Positions 30,790-40,477 of a stretch of DNA of 52,580 nt are shown here, piece after piece (position 1 is the stretch's first letter; each line of letters begins with the position of its first letter). This stretch comes from Malassezia furfur (taxonomy: Eukaryota). A program made the position numbers and the translations under genes. The notes under the pieces are model-generated. The model was given only the letters and a program-made list of their open reading frames with translations. It was not told the origin of the DNA and did no database searches. Where the stretch lies: NCBI GenBank assembly GCA_052055015.1, contig JBQJIT010000027.1; one strand, written 5' to 3'.

Positions 30790-32397
30790 ATGGTCTCTGC
30801 GCTCGCTCTTCTGCCCTTCGTGTGCATTGCCGTGGCCAGCGCTCAGTCGGCGACGCCAACCAACTGGAACAATGTGACGGGCACCACCAGCGAGGCGTTC
30901 CCCACGGATGTCGGTTTCTTGGGCACCATGGCGTATGGCAAGACCCCGTTCCTCGCGCAAGATGACAAGATCAACTCCACCAAGTCTTTTGGTAGCTATG
31001 GTATTGAGACGCGCGAGCTTCCGTTGAACGGTGACCAGGACAACGCTACCTCTTCCGACATTTTCCGCAACCTGGGTACCACATCGATCTACCACCCGGC
31101 TGACGATCTGTTCCCTGAGACGCATGGCTACGAGATCCTGCCTGACCAGTGCACGGTGAAGCAGGTGCACATCCTCCACCGTCACGGTGCCCGTAACCCG
31201 ACGAGCGACACCCACGAGGGTGCACCTCTGTTTGGTGCTGCTGTCTGGAACGCGACCCAGGCGGGCAACCTTTCGGCTACCGGTCCTCTCGAGTTCCTGA
31301 ACTCGTGGAACTACACGCTCGGTGCCGAGGTGCTTGTGCACCAGGGTGCGCAGGAACTGTTTGACTCGGGTGTGAAGCACTACTACCAGTATGCTAAGCT
31401 CCTTGAGAACCTTACGGACCACAAGCCCGTTATCCGCACGACGTCGCAGAGCCGTATGCTGGACTCGGCGCGCTACTGGACGCTTGGCTTCTTCGGCTGG
31501 GATGCTCCCACGAAGGTCAACCTGGAAGTTCTTACGGAGACCCAGGGCCAGAACAACACGCTGGCCCCCTATGAGTACTGCACGAATGCCGACAACTCGT
31601 CTTTCTACCTCGGCGACCAGATGAGCACCGAGTGGCAGAAGGTGTACCTGAAGGACGCCATCCAGCGTCTCCAGGGTGACCTGAAGGGCATTGAGCTGGA
31701 CGAGACGATGGTGTATGGTATGATGAGCATTTGCGCCTACGAGACGGTCGTGATGGGCTTCTCCAACTTCTGCTCGCTCTTTACGAAGGAGGAGTTTGAG
31801 AACTACGAGTACGACATCGACCTGCAGTTCATGGGCGACTACGGCTTTATGAACCCCACTGGCCGCGCTCAGGGTATCGGCTGGGTCGTGGAACTGCTGG
31901 ACCGCATGAACATGACCAAGTTCGATGGCCCCGTTACGGGTCAGAACACCACGCTCGATGAGAACGAAATGTACTTCCCTGTGGACCAGATGCTCTACGC
32001 CGACTTCACCCACGACGATGTCATTACTTCGGTTCTGACTGCACTGAACTACACGCAGTTCAGTGAGTTCCTGCCTACCACGCAGCCGAACCCCAACCGT
32101 CGCTACCGCTCGAGCCGCGTCACTCCCTTCGCGGCTCGCCTGGTGTTCGAGGTGCTTGACTGCAACTCTACCGACCTGCAGGGCTCGTACGTCCGCACGA
32201 AGATCAACGATGCGGTGATCCCCATGAACCAGGACCAGGGTTGTGAGGCGCGTCCGGACGGTCTCTGCAAATTCAACGACTTCTGGAAGCACCAGTACCA
32301 GAACGCGTACAAGGACTCCAAGTACGACCTGGTGTGCTTCGGGCAGAACGGCACCGACTTCGTCGTTACCGGACCTGTCCGCAACGGCACTGTTTAA
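30790..32397 (+). CDS. Secreted histidine acid phosphatase / phytase, copy 3
   Basis: Signal peptide, HILHRHGARNP, YADFTHD. Confidence 0.92.
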   Translation: MVSALALLPFVCIAVASAQSATPTNWNNVTGTTSEAFPTDVGFLGTMAYGKTPFLAQDDKINSTKSFGSYGIETRELPLNGDQDNATSSDIFRNLGTTSIYHPADDLFPETHGYEILPDQCTVKQVHILHRHGARNPTSDTHEGAPLFGAAVWNATQAGNLSATGPLEFLNSWNYTLGAEVLVHQGAQELFDSGVKHYYQYAKLLENLTDHKPVIRTTSQSRMLDSARYWTLGFFGWDAPTKVNLEVLTETQGQNNTLAPYEYCTNADNSSFYLGDQMSTEWQKVYLKDAIQRLQGDLKGIELDETMVYGMMSICAYETVVMGFSNFCSLFTKEEFENYEYDIDLQFMGDYGFMNPTGRAQGIGWVVELLDRMNMTKFDGPVTGQNTTLDENEMYFPVDQMLYADFTHDDVITSVLTALNYTQFSEFLPTTQPNPNRRYRSSRVTPFAARLVFEVLDCNSTDLQGSYVRTKINDAVIPMNQDQGCEARPDGLCKFNDFWKHQYQNAYKDSKYDLVCFGQNGTDFVVTGPVRNGTV

Positions 32398-32606
32398 TGT
32401 TATTCACTCGTTCTTAGGGAAATTGTCACTATAAAGTTGGTTAATCACATGGAGTACACCGAGCTGCCAAAGCTGCATGCTCAGCCGCGACGCGCCCCGT
32501 GTGCATGTGGAGGAGAGCCGATGTGATCACGTGCGCGCGGCCCGGTCCGGAAAGGGCCGTTGATTTATAACGGACGTACTAACCACATTTGCCGTACATA
32601 CACATC

Positions 32607-32974
32607 ATGGCTGGCTCTGACGCTGCTAAGAAGGTTTCGAGCTGGAAGAAGGTGTATGTACTGTGCCGATAAGACTAGTATGCTAACAACAGTGCGCCCG
32701 TTGAGGTTCTGCCGATCATCTTCCTTACCGGTTTCGCTCTCGCTGGTGCGGGCTGGTACTTGACCCGCCTTGCCCGTGGTCCGGAGGTGATTTGGGACAA
32801 GAAGGTAAGCAGCGACCGTGGCAAAAAGACCTAACCCCAGAACAACCCCACTCCGTGGAACTCGATTGAGCCGGGCACCCAGTACAAGCTGTACAACATC
32901 AACGTACGTGCCGTCTGGGAGACTAACGACTTCAGGGTCAATTCGACAAGACGTACAAGCGCGACCGGCTCTAA
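32607..32974 (+). CDS. NDUFA4/COXFA4-like (B12D family) small single-TM mitochondrial protein, 4 exons, 86 aa
   Basis: Removing introns 32654-32692, 32805-32840 and 32904-32935 gives MAGSDAAKKVSSWKKVAPVEVLPIIFLTGFALAGAGWYLTRLARGPEVIWDKKNNPTPWNSIEPGTQYKLYNINGQFDKTYKRDRL*. Confidence 0.85.
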
Positions 32975-33074
32975 GTGTTTGTCTTTTTCCATTAGACCAC
33001 TGAATTCATCGCTCTTGCATTTTCGACGAGGCCTGGCGAAGCAGATCTCGGGCTCATTGTGTGTTTGTCTACGT

Positions 33075-34514
33075 TTAATACACGTATGGGATGATACGAT
33101 ATGGCACACGCTTGCACTGTGGTCAGTTTGGGCAGTGGTACATACGTAAGTGTCCCAACTGTGGCCCCGCGAGGGGTGTGCGTCAGTATGTCGAGCGTGT
33201 GTACGTACTCGGCTCCATATTTCTTCTTGCATGCTTCGTCGTCACGCAGCTGGCGGTGGACCAGGAGAATGGCGAAGTACACGACATAGAAGTACGGTAT
33301 GGGTGATCCAAACCCACAGGTAAGGCACCATGCCCAGGCCATGAGCCAATCGCCCAGATAGTTCGGGTGACGGCTCACGCCCCACCAACCGGAGATGAGG
33401 AGCTTGCGCCCCGTTGAGGTCGTCATGAATTGCAGGTTCTTCGGGTTGTGTCCCTGGCGGAAATCGTTCTTCTCGACGTTGGCCGTGCGGAAGATGTAGT
33501 ATCCGACCAGCTGCACGGCCAGGATGGCCAACACGCCGATCGTGCCGAGACGCACCGGCTCGAACGCAAGGTAGCGCGCTTGGAGTGAATAGGTAAAGGG
33601 CACCCAGACTAGGTCTCCGACGCTTAACATGAAACCGAACCCGTCCGTGGTGATGTCCATCTGGGAGAAGATGGTCTCCTCGTGCAGCAGGGAGTCCACC
33701 ACGTACCAGCTGTGGAAAAACAGAACAAGCCACATGCTGTCGGACACGTATCCAAACTGGGTGTGCTGCCAGCACGCACAGCTGGCGTCCACAAGTACCC
33801 AAAGGATAAGACCCGGGCGCAGCTCGTTGAACGTCTTGATATCAAATAGACCAATGCGGGGGTTGAGCTCACGACCGATGAACCACTGTGGTGAGGCAGA
33901 GGAGACGTACATCATACACGACATTGCCGGTGTTTCCGCCCAACGCAAGAAGCTTGTGACCGTAGAACGAGGCCACATACACGTACACGGCTTGTGCGAT
34001 GGAGTTGACCAGTGCGACACTCAGAAGGCCGAGCCAATGGTCGTACAGGATGGTGAAGCTCGCCGGTCCGTACACAGCAATGTATCCTGCAGCAGCAGCT
34101 AGCGCAACGAGACCCGTAGCCAGTGCTGTGTGAGCCATGCCACTTACCGTTTGTCTTGTACTCCAGCTGGTGGCCCGTCCGCAGCGGCAGGCCCTTGACC
34201 CACTTCCCTGGCAAGAAGTACCAGGCGAGAACGCAGTAGAGGTACCAGCCAGTGTATAATGCCCATGCCGTGCCATCGGTAAAACTAGCACCCAAGGTCT
34301 CACGCACATACTCCACGAAGGCATCCGTGTTGCTGACAGGGAGCGACAGCGCACATCCCAGTACATCGTTGCATCCGAGCGCGAAGTAGTACGCAGTCAA
34401 AGGCACCGTCGTCGAGATGAACAGCGCGCCGGCGAATCCGCCGAACTCGACCTCGGTGGTACGCGGTGCAAGAACGTTTTTGGCCGTCGTCTGGCTTGCA
34501 GGTGCGGCAGTCAT
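33075..34514 (-). CDS. ERG24: Delta(14)-sterol reductase, 5 exons
   Basis: EFGG, FIGRELNPRIG, ELRPGL, DITTDGFGFML, LLISGWWGVSRHPNYLGD, and [23 protein letters not shown] after splicing. Introns at 34126-34147, 33886-33910, 33159-33208 and 33117-33145. Confidence 0.93.
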
Positions 34515-34625
34515 CGTTCCCAACCAAACGATCCAACCTGCGCACTGACTAAGATCGTACGACTCTGGGCCCGTAAATTTGGGCACAATTTGCCGATCTC
34601 CTCCACACGGACATGCGCTCTGACC

Positions 34626-36344
34626 ATGTACTGTCCGGGCTGGTTGTGGGTGTGGGGTTTGTGGCTGCTCGGATCCACACAGGCTCTCTCACTTCGACAG
34701 CATACATTTGCTGTGGATGATGCGACAGAAACAGAACATCGCATCCCCAAGTGCCCATCGAATGACACGTCGCCACTTTTGCGGGTGGCAATTATTGGCG
34801 CCGGGCCGTCCGGGACCAGTGCCGCGTATTTTCTTAGCACGGCCCAACGGCAGCTTGCCAAGCATGGCATCCCCGGCTGCGACATGGAGGGAATACAGAG
34901 CGAGCTACAGGTGACAGTGTACGAGCGTGAGGAGCGCGTGGGCGGACGTGTGCTTGCCGTGCACCCGCTCGATGACCTCCGGCTTCCCCCCGTGGACATT
35001 GGTGCGAGCATCTTTGCCAATGTGAACCACAATCTGGTCCACGCGGCAGACAAGTTCCGACTCCGGCAAACGAGGCCGAGTTCCAAGGTGTTTGGCCCTA
35101 TGGGGCTATGGGATGGCCAAGAATTCATCGTGGACGATTTCGACGGATCGCGGTGGAGCCAATGGAAACTGTACTGGCGCTACGGAAAGGGCCCGCAGAA
35201 GGCCATGTCTTTGTACGTGACATGCTGACGCAGAGTCGAAGAGGCTATGAAATCCTTCCAGCGCATCTATTCGCCACGATTCTTGCATGACCCTGCGTCG
35301 GATGCTGGTTATCCTTGGCCGAGCGTTGCAGCGCTCGCAGACCAAATTGATGCGCGCGGTCTTGTCTCGCAATCGGCGCGCGCCTACTTCGCCGACAACA
35401 AAGTGTCAGAAGCATGCATGGACGAGCTGATCAATGCTGCGACGCGCGCCAACTACGCCCAGGAAATCCAGAACATCCATGCGTTTGCTGGTCTGGTTTC
35501 AATGGCGACCAATGGCCCCAACGGGGTCCAAGGGGGCAACGCACAGATCTTCCAACATATGCTAGATCGCAGCACTGCCACGGTGTATCGTGGAGCAAGC
35601 GGAGAAGTGACAGGCATCATGAAGATCCAATCCGAGACGACCGAACAAGATGCGCCTATCACGCAGTGGCGCATCGGCACGCGGGACGGCCACAGCGACG
35701 TTTATGATGTGGTGCTGATCGCGGCACCGTGGCACAGCTCCGACATCACGCTGCTGAATACGGAGAAATCCGTGCCGGGCTTTCGGTACCAGCGACTCTA
35801 TGTGACGTTGGTGGTGACGGACGCACCGCAGCCAGATCCGGTCTATTTCGGCTTTGACCGCACCTTTGACCGTGTGCCCCGTACGATCGTCACGACGCAC
35901 CTCGAAGGAAATGGGCCCGACTTCTTATCACTGTCGTACCAGCGGCGCTTGAAGCACGCCAAGTACCAGGGCCGGACGTGGGATGCACTGTACGTGGTGA
36001 AGCTCTTTTCCTGGGCACCCATACCGTCCAAGACCCTCGATAAGATCTTTGGGAATGGCCAGGTGGTCTGGACGCACGAAAAAGCCTGGTCTGCGTTCCC
36101 CAAGCTCACGCCGACCGACCGGCTGGGCGACTTTGAGGTGGACACCAATCTCTACAACGTGAATGCGATGGAGCGGCTCATTTCCACGATGGAGACAAGC
36201 ACGCTGGCGGCGAAGAACGTCGTGGCTCTCGTGCTGCAGAAATGGCTCGGGTCGCACTTCGTGCACGGGGCACGGTGCAAATGGACATCGCATACACCGG
36301 ACGTCGCTACGGAGTGGGACTCGTGGGGCTGCCAAAGCAGCTGA
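34626..36344 (+). CDS. Prenylcysteine oxidase / farnesylcysteine lyase-like flavoprotein, 2 exons
   Basis: Signal peptide, RVAIIGAGPSGTSAAYFL, VYERE.RVGGR, DIGASIF, RANYAQ, VQGGNAQIF and ISTMETSTLAAKNVV. The 21-nt intron at 35213-35233 contains an in-frame TGA. Confidence 0.88.
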
Positions 36345-36412
36345 GTCCGGGTGCGCCCCGACGTCCTGATGAAATCCTTGTACTTTATGTAACTATCCAC
36401 GCAGCGTCTCGG

Positions 36413-36964
36413 TTAGAAAGTACCGCGAGTGACCTTCTCGAGCACTGTATATAAGTCCCTGTCCATGTCAACGTACCAGCATCGTAGGACACCTCACTGA
36501 GATCCGTGCCCTGGATCTCCGCAGCGATACCCACGAGAGCCTTGCGGAGCGCGTCCTTCGACGAGGCATAAAGCATCTTTTGCTTCACCTTCGACTCATC
36601 GGGGGACCTGCGAGGTTAGCATCACGTTCTTGTCACCCGCCGTCGGTCGGTACGTACCACGTCACAAACACAATCTTGTTTCGCATGCCCTCATCGCCCT
36701 TTTGGTACTCAAAGTCGTAAACAGCGTAGCGGCACTCCGCGGCGGGGAGCTCCGCAAGGAAGTCATCGTAGTTCGTCGATTCGCTGGTCTTGGCGACCAC
36801 GATTTCCGTGTTGTCCGGCGAGAGCGTGTAAATGATGTAGCGGATCTTCTTGCCCAGCTTCAGGGCCTGGAACTGCTCCAGGCAGTCCTGGTTCACTTTC
36901 ACACCAGAGGACTGTTATGCGTTAGCATATGATCGACCAAGGCAAAAATCTATCGACGCACCAT
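36413..36964 (-). CDS. COF1: Cofilin, 4 exons
   Basis: [23 protein letters not shown]...[11 protein letters not shown]...[27 protein letters not shown]. Introns at 36912-36961, 36608-36657 and 36445-36476. Confidence 0.95.
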
Positions 36965-37241
36965 GTCGTTGGGAAATTAACGGCAATGAATCACACGCAA
37001 CAAAGGACGTGCAGGGTGCTGTTACCTGGGCTCGGCCCGTTCCGCCAGCGCGAGTGAGGCCACGTGACATTACCCCGCCTTCGGAAACGACGCGCAACGC
37101 CGCGCGGTAGAGCCACGAAAGACGTCTGCGCAACGGCGTGGCAGGACTGCCGAAGACATGGGAACGGGCCTAGTCTATATTGTGCTTGACATGCGAGCTC
37201 GACCATATCCTAAAACAAAAGGTGCGGACGGGAGCAAAAAT

Positions 37242-37336
37242 TGTGGCTAGCCGGAATCGAACCGGCGTCTCATCGGAATTGTTGTGTTTGACAAGCAAGC
37301 CACAACGATACGTACTGACCACTATACTATAGCCAC
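37242..37336 (-). tRNA. tRNA-His(GTG) with 23-nt intron (37277-37299)
   Basis: Minus strand GTGGCTA/TAGCCAC acceptor, TAGTATAGTGGTCAGTAC D-arm, TATCG-TT-GTG-G...C-CGATG, GCCGG-TTCGATT-CCGGC, A discriminator, then a T5 run. Confidence 0.9.
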
Positions 37337-37642
37337 TCGACTTGTAGTGGCTTGCCACCTAAGCATCTATAAGCGCCCGGTAATCAAGCGTGCCTGTCGG
37401 CCCGTGGGGGCGCAGCCCACGCGGCTGGCGTGGCGTCGAGTGTTAACCGGCACATGACTGGCTGCCGAGGCTGGGTAAAATAAGCCACTGGGTCTGCTCG
37501 CGTGGCAATTGCAGTGCCCGGCCAGTCGCTGCCCGCCGAGGAGAATCTCGTTCTTTCATCCAACCCACCGAATCGGCCCTGGCTGATCGTGCTGACTCTA
37601 TCCTTGTGTCCAGCATACACCTGCCTCTCTTAGGAAACAATC

Positions 37643-38411
37643 ATGACTGAACTCCGCAGGAAGTTGGTTATTGTCGGTGATGGTGCCTGCGGTAAAACGT
37701 GTCTGCTGATCGTGTTTAGCAAGGTGTGTATGGGCTAGTAAGGCTGGGGTAAACTCGTCCTGGCCTTGCCCTATCTGGCACGGGAATGTATACTGACACT
37801 CGCGGCTGCGCGTTTGGCACATGTGTATGTGCCTTTGCATTTCTACAAACAGGGTACTTTCCCGGAGGTACGTTTTCGCGTGAGTTGTTGCAGGACACAT
37901 GCTGACCAGTTTGTGACAGGTGTATGTCCCCACGGTGTTCGAGAACTATGTTGCGGATGTGGAAGTGGACGGTCGCCACGTCGAGCTTGCGCTTTGGGAT
38001 ACTGCCGGCCAGGAGGACTACGACCGTCTCCGTCCCCTGTCGTACCCTGACTCCCACGTCATCCTTATTTGTTTCGCGGTTGACTCGCCTGACAGTCTGG
38101 ACAATGTCCAAGAAAAGTGGATCTCCGAGGTGCTGCACTTCTGCCAGAACCTTCCCATCATCCTTGTGGGCTGCAAGAAGGACCTGCGCCGTGATCCCAA
38201 GATCATCGAGGAGCTGCGCAAGACGAGCCAGCGCCCGGTGACGCCCGACGAGGGCATGGCTGTTGCATCCAAGATCGGTGCTGTGCGCTACCTGGAATGC
38301 AGTGCCAAGACCGGTGAGGGTGTCCGGGAAGTGTTTGAGCATGCCACGCGTGCGGCTCTCATACAGAAGCCTCGCGGCAGCCGGGGCAAGTCCAAGTGCT
38401 TGATCCTTTAA
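37643..38411 (+). CDS. RHO1: Rho1 GTPase, 3 coding exons including a 15-nt microexon
   Basis: [38 protein letters not shown]...[19 protein letters not shown]...CLIL (CAAX). Introns at 37724-37852 and 37868-37919. Confidence 0.96.
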
Positions 38412-38776
38412 AGTCGCCCTAATGTCTTTGTGATAGGGGCCTTGGCCTGCAGTGCAGCGGCACTGCACCTCACTCATCGGAAGCTGGTGAACGACGCCAT
38501 GACACGGTCTGTTTCCATTATTATCTTGGCCGTTTCGTTCCCCAGCAGTCAATGCCAATCCCCCCATCTCATAAACCATGTCTAGTAGACGCCCGGTCCA
38601 GCATTACGGACTGTTCATTTCCCTCTTATTTCTCTGCCGTGTTGCGTTGAGTGCAGCGCACGCACCCTGCGGCTGACCGCGCCCTGTGGCGGCGCACCGG
38701 CGCCGCGTGTTTCCCTTCGCTCCGCCACGTGGAGGGTCCGAGGAATTTTGCGACGCCAGTGGGGCTTGGCGCGGTG

Positions 38777-40468
38777 ATGAGCGCGTCCTTATTCACTCGT
38801 CTACAGCGCGCAGCGCGCGGCAACAAGCCGGCGCTGCTGCTCCTGGTGGTGCTCGTGATGCTGCTGGTCATCGTCCCGATGCAACTGCATCTTAATATTT
38901 CCACCGTGTTGCACGACAAGGCGATCGAGTTGGGTCACGATGTAATCCACCCCGTGGATGCATTTACACACCACGCGGCTGGTGCTGGGAGCCTCGACCT
39001 TTCCCAATCGACACGGAAGCGGCCAGAGCTGCACCCCGATGGCGCTCTCACGACACGGTGTGAGACGGCGCCGCCTGTGTACGATATCCATGGGAAGCAG
39101 CGTCCCCTGGTCCAGTACGCCATCATGATGGATGCAGGGAGCACCGGGAGCCGCATTCATGTGTACAAGTTCAACTACTGCAAGTCCTCACCCGAGCTCG
39201 AGTCGGAATACTTCGACCACTTGGAGCCCGGCCTGTCGTCGTACAAAACCGACGCCAAAGGTGCGGCCGACTCTCTGCGTCCGCTCCTCGACGGCGCGAT
39301 GCGTCTCATCCCCGAATCGATGCATGCTTGCACGCCCATTTCTCTCAAGGCAACTGCGGGGCTTCGCCTGCTTCCAGGGACGCAGAGCACAGAGATTATC
39401 CGTGCCGTGCGCACACTTCTCGAGACGCAGTACCCCTTCCCTATTGCCGATGGCAAAGACCACATCGGTCAACGCGACGGACGCGGCGTGGAAATCATGG
39501 ATGGACGTGAAGAGGGCGTGTTTGCGTGGATCACGGTCAACTACCTCCTGAACCTGATCGGCGCGGAAGGGCCGCCCGGCGCACCGACGCCTCAGACCGC
39601 TGCCGTGCTCGACCTGGGCGGCGGCTCCACACAGATTGTGTTTGAGCCACGCATGCCCGACCCGAAACAGGGCATGCACCCTGGTGAGCATGTGTACGAG
39701 TTGCGCGACTTTGAGAACTCGACGTTCACGCTCTACCAGAATTCCTACCTGGGCTATGGTCTGAAGCAGGCGCGGCAGTCGGTCAATTCACTGACGGCCT
39801 TTATGCATCTCCTCGCACACTCGGACACGCTCCAAATCGACCGGAAGGCAGGCGGTGGGCCTATGCCTTGGGAGGCGCTCACCGTCGATAATGCCAAGAT
39901 CCCTAGTCCCTGCTATGCGGCCGGCACCACGAAAGTCGCTACGGTGATACACCCGGGAAGTACGAGCACCAAGGAGCTCACTTTCTCTGGGACTCAGGGC
40001 GGCTTCGAGGCGTGTCAACGCCTAATCGAAGTGGTTATGGATAAGGACGCTGAGTGCCGCTTGGCGCCGTGCTCCTTTGCCGGCGTATATCAGCCGTCGC
40101 TTTCGAAGGCATTTAGCAACGCGGCAATTGTGGCGTTGTCCTACTTCTACGACCGTATCTCGCCCCTGGGCCTCGGTCCGACATTCACCATCGGCGAGCT
40201 CCAGACGCTCGCCGAGCGTGTTTGCTCGCCCCCGGAGCAATGGGCCACGTTCCACTCCCCGCAGTTCTCGCCGGAGGCACTCGAAGAGCTCAAGAACCGG
40301 CCGGACTACTGTCTCGACCTGACGTTTATGCACACGCTGTTCCGGCTCGGGTACGAACTGGATGACCGCCGCACGGTGACGCTCGCCAAGAAGATTGCCG
40401 ATTTCGAGTTGGGCTGGGCCCTCGGCGCAGAGCTTGCCGTACTACAGCAGGGCGTGTTGTGCAAGTAG
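38777..40468 (+). CDS. GDA1: Golgi guanosine diphosphatase (GDA1/CD39 family)
   Basis: N-terminal TM anchor; apyrase motifs DAGSTGSR, KATAGLRLL, IMDGREEGVFAWITVNYL, DLGGGSTQ, LGWALG. Confidence 0.93.
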   Translation: MSASLFTRLQRAARGNKPALLLLVVLVMLLVIVPMQLHLNISTVLHDKAIELGHDVIHPVDAFTHHAAGAGSLDLSQSTRKRPELHPDGALTTRCETAPPVYDIHGKQRPLVQYAIMMDAGSTGSRIHVYKFNYCKSSPELESEYFDHLEPGLSSYKTDAKGAADSLRPLLDGAMRLIPESMHACTPISLKATAGLRLLPGTQSTEIIRAVRTLLETQYPFPIADGKDHIGQRDGRGVEIMDGREEGVFAWITVNYLLNLIGAEGPPGAPTPQTAAVLDLGGGSTQIVFEPRMPDPKQGMHPGEHVYELRDFENSTFTLYQNSYLGYGLKQARQSVNSLTAFMHLLAHSDTLQIDRKAGGGPMPWEALTVDNAKIPSPCYAAGTTKVATVIHPGSTSTKELTFSGTQGGFEACQRLIEVVMDKDAECRLAPCSFAGVYQPSLSKAFSNAAIVALSYFYDRISPLGLGPTFTIGELQTLAERVCSPPEQWATFHSPQFSPEALEELKNRPDYCLDLTFMHTLFRLGYELDDRRTVTLAKKIADFELGWALGAELAVLQQGVLCK

Positions 40469-40477
40469 GCCCTATAG

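Noticed and set aside
26955..32397. Horizontal transfer of the intronless, lower-GC phosphatase array
   Set aside because: The proteins look like fungal secreted phytase-type enzymes with signal peptides and N-glycosylation sites, and many native genes here are also intronless.
37222..37332. Apparent plus-strand intron (GTGCGG...TACTGAC...TAG) upstream of RHO1
   Set aside because: The sequence is the reverse complement of tRNA-His; TACTGAC comes from its D-arm.
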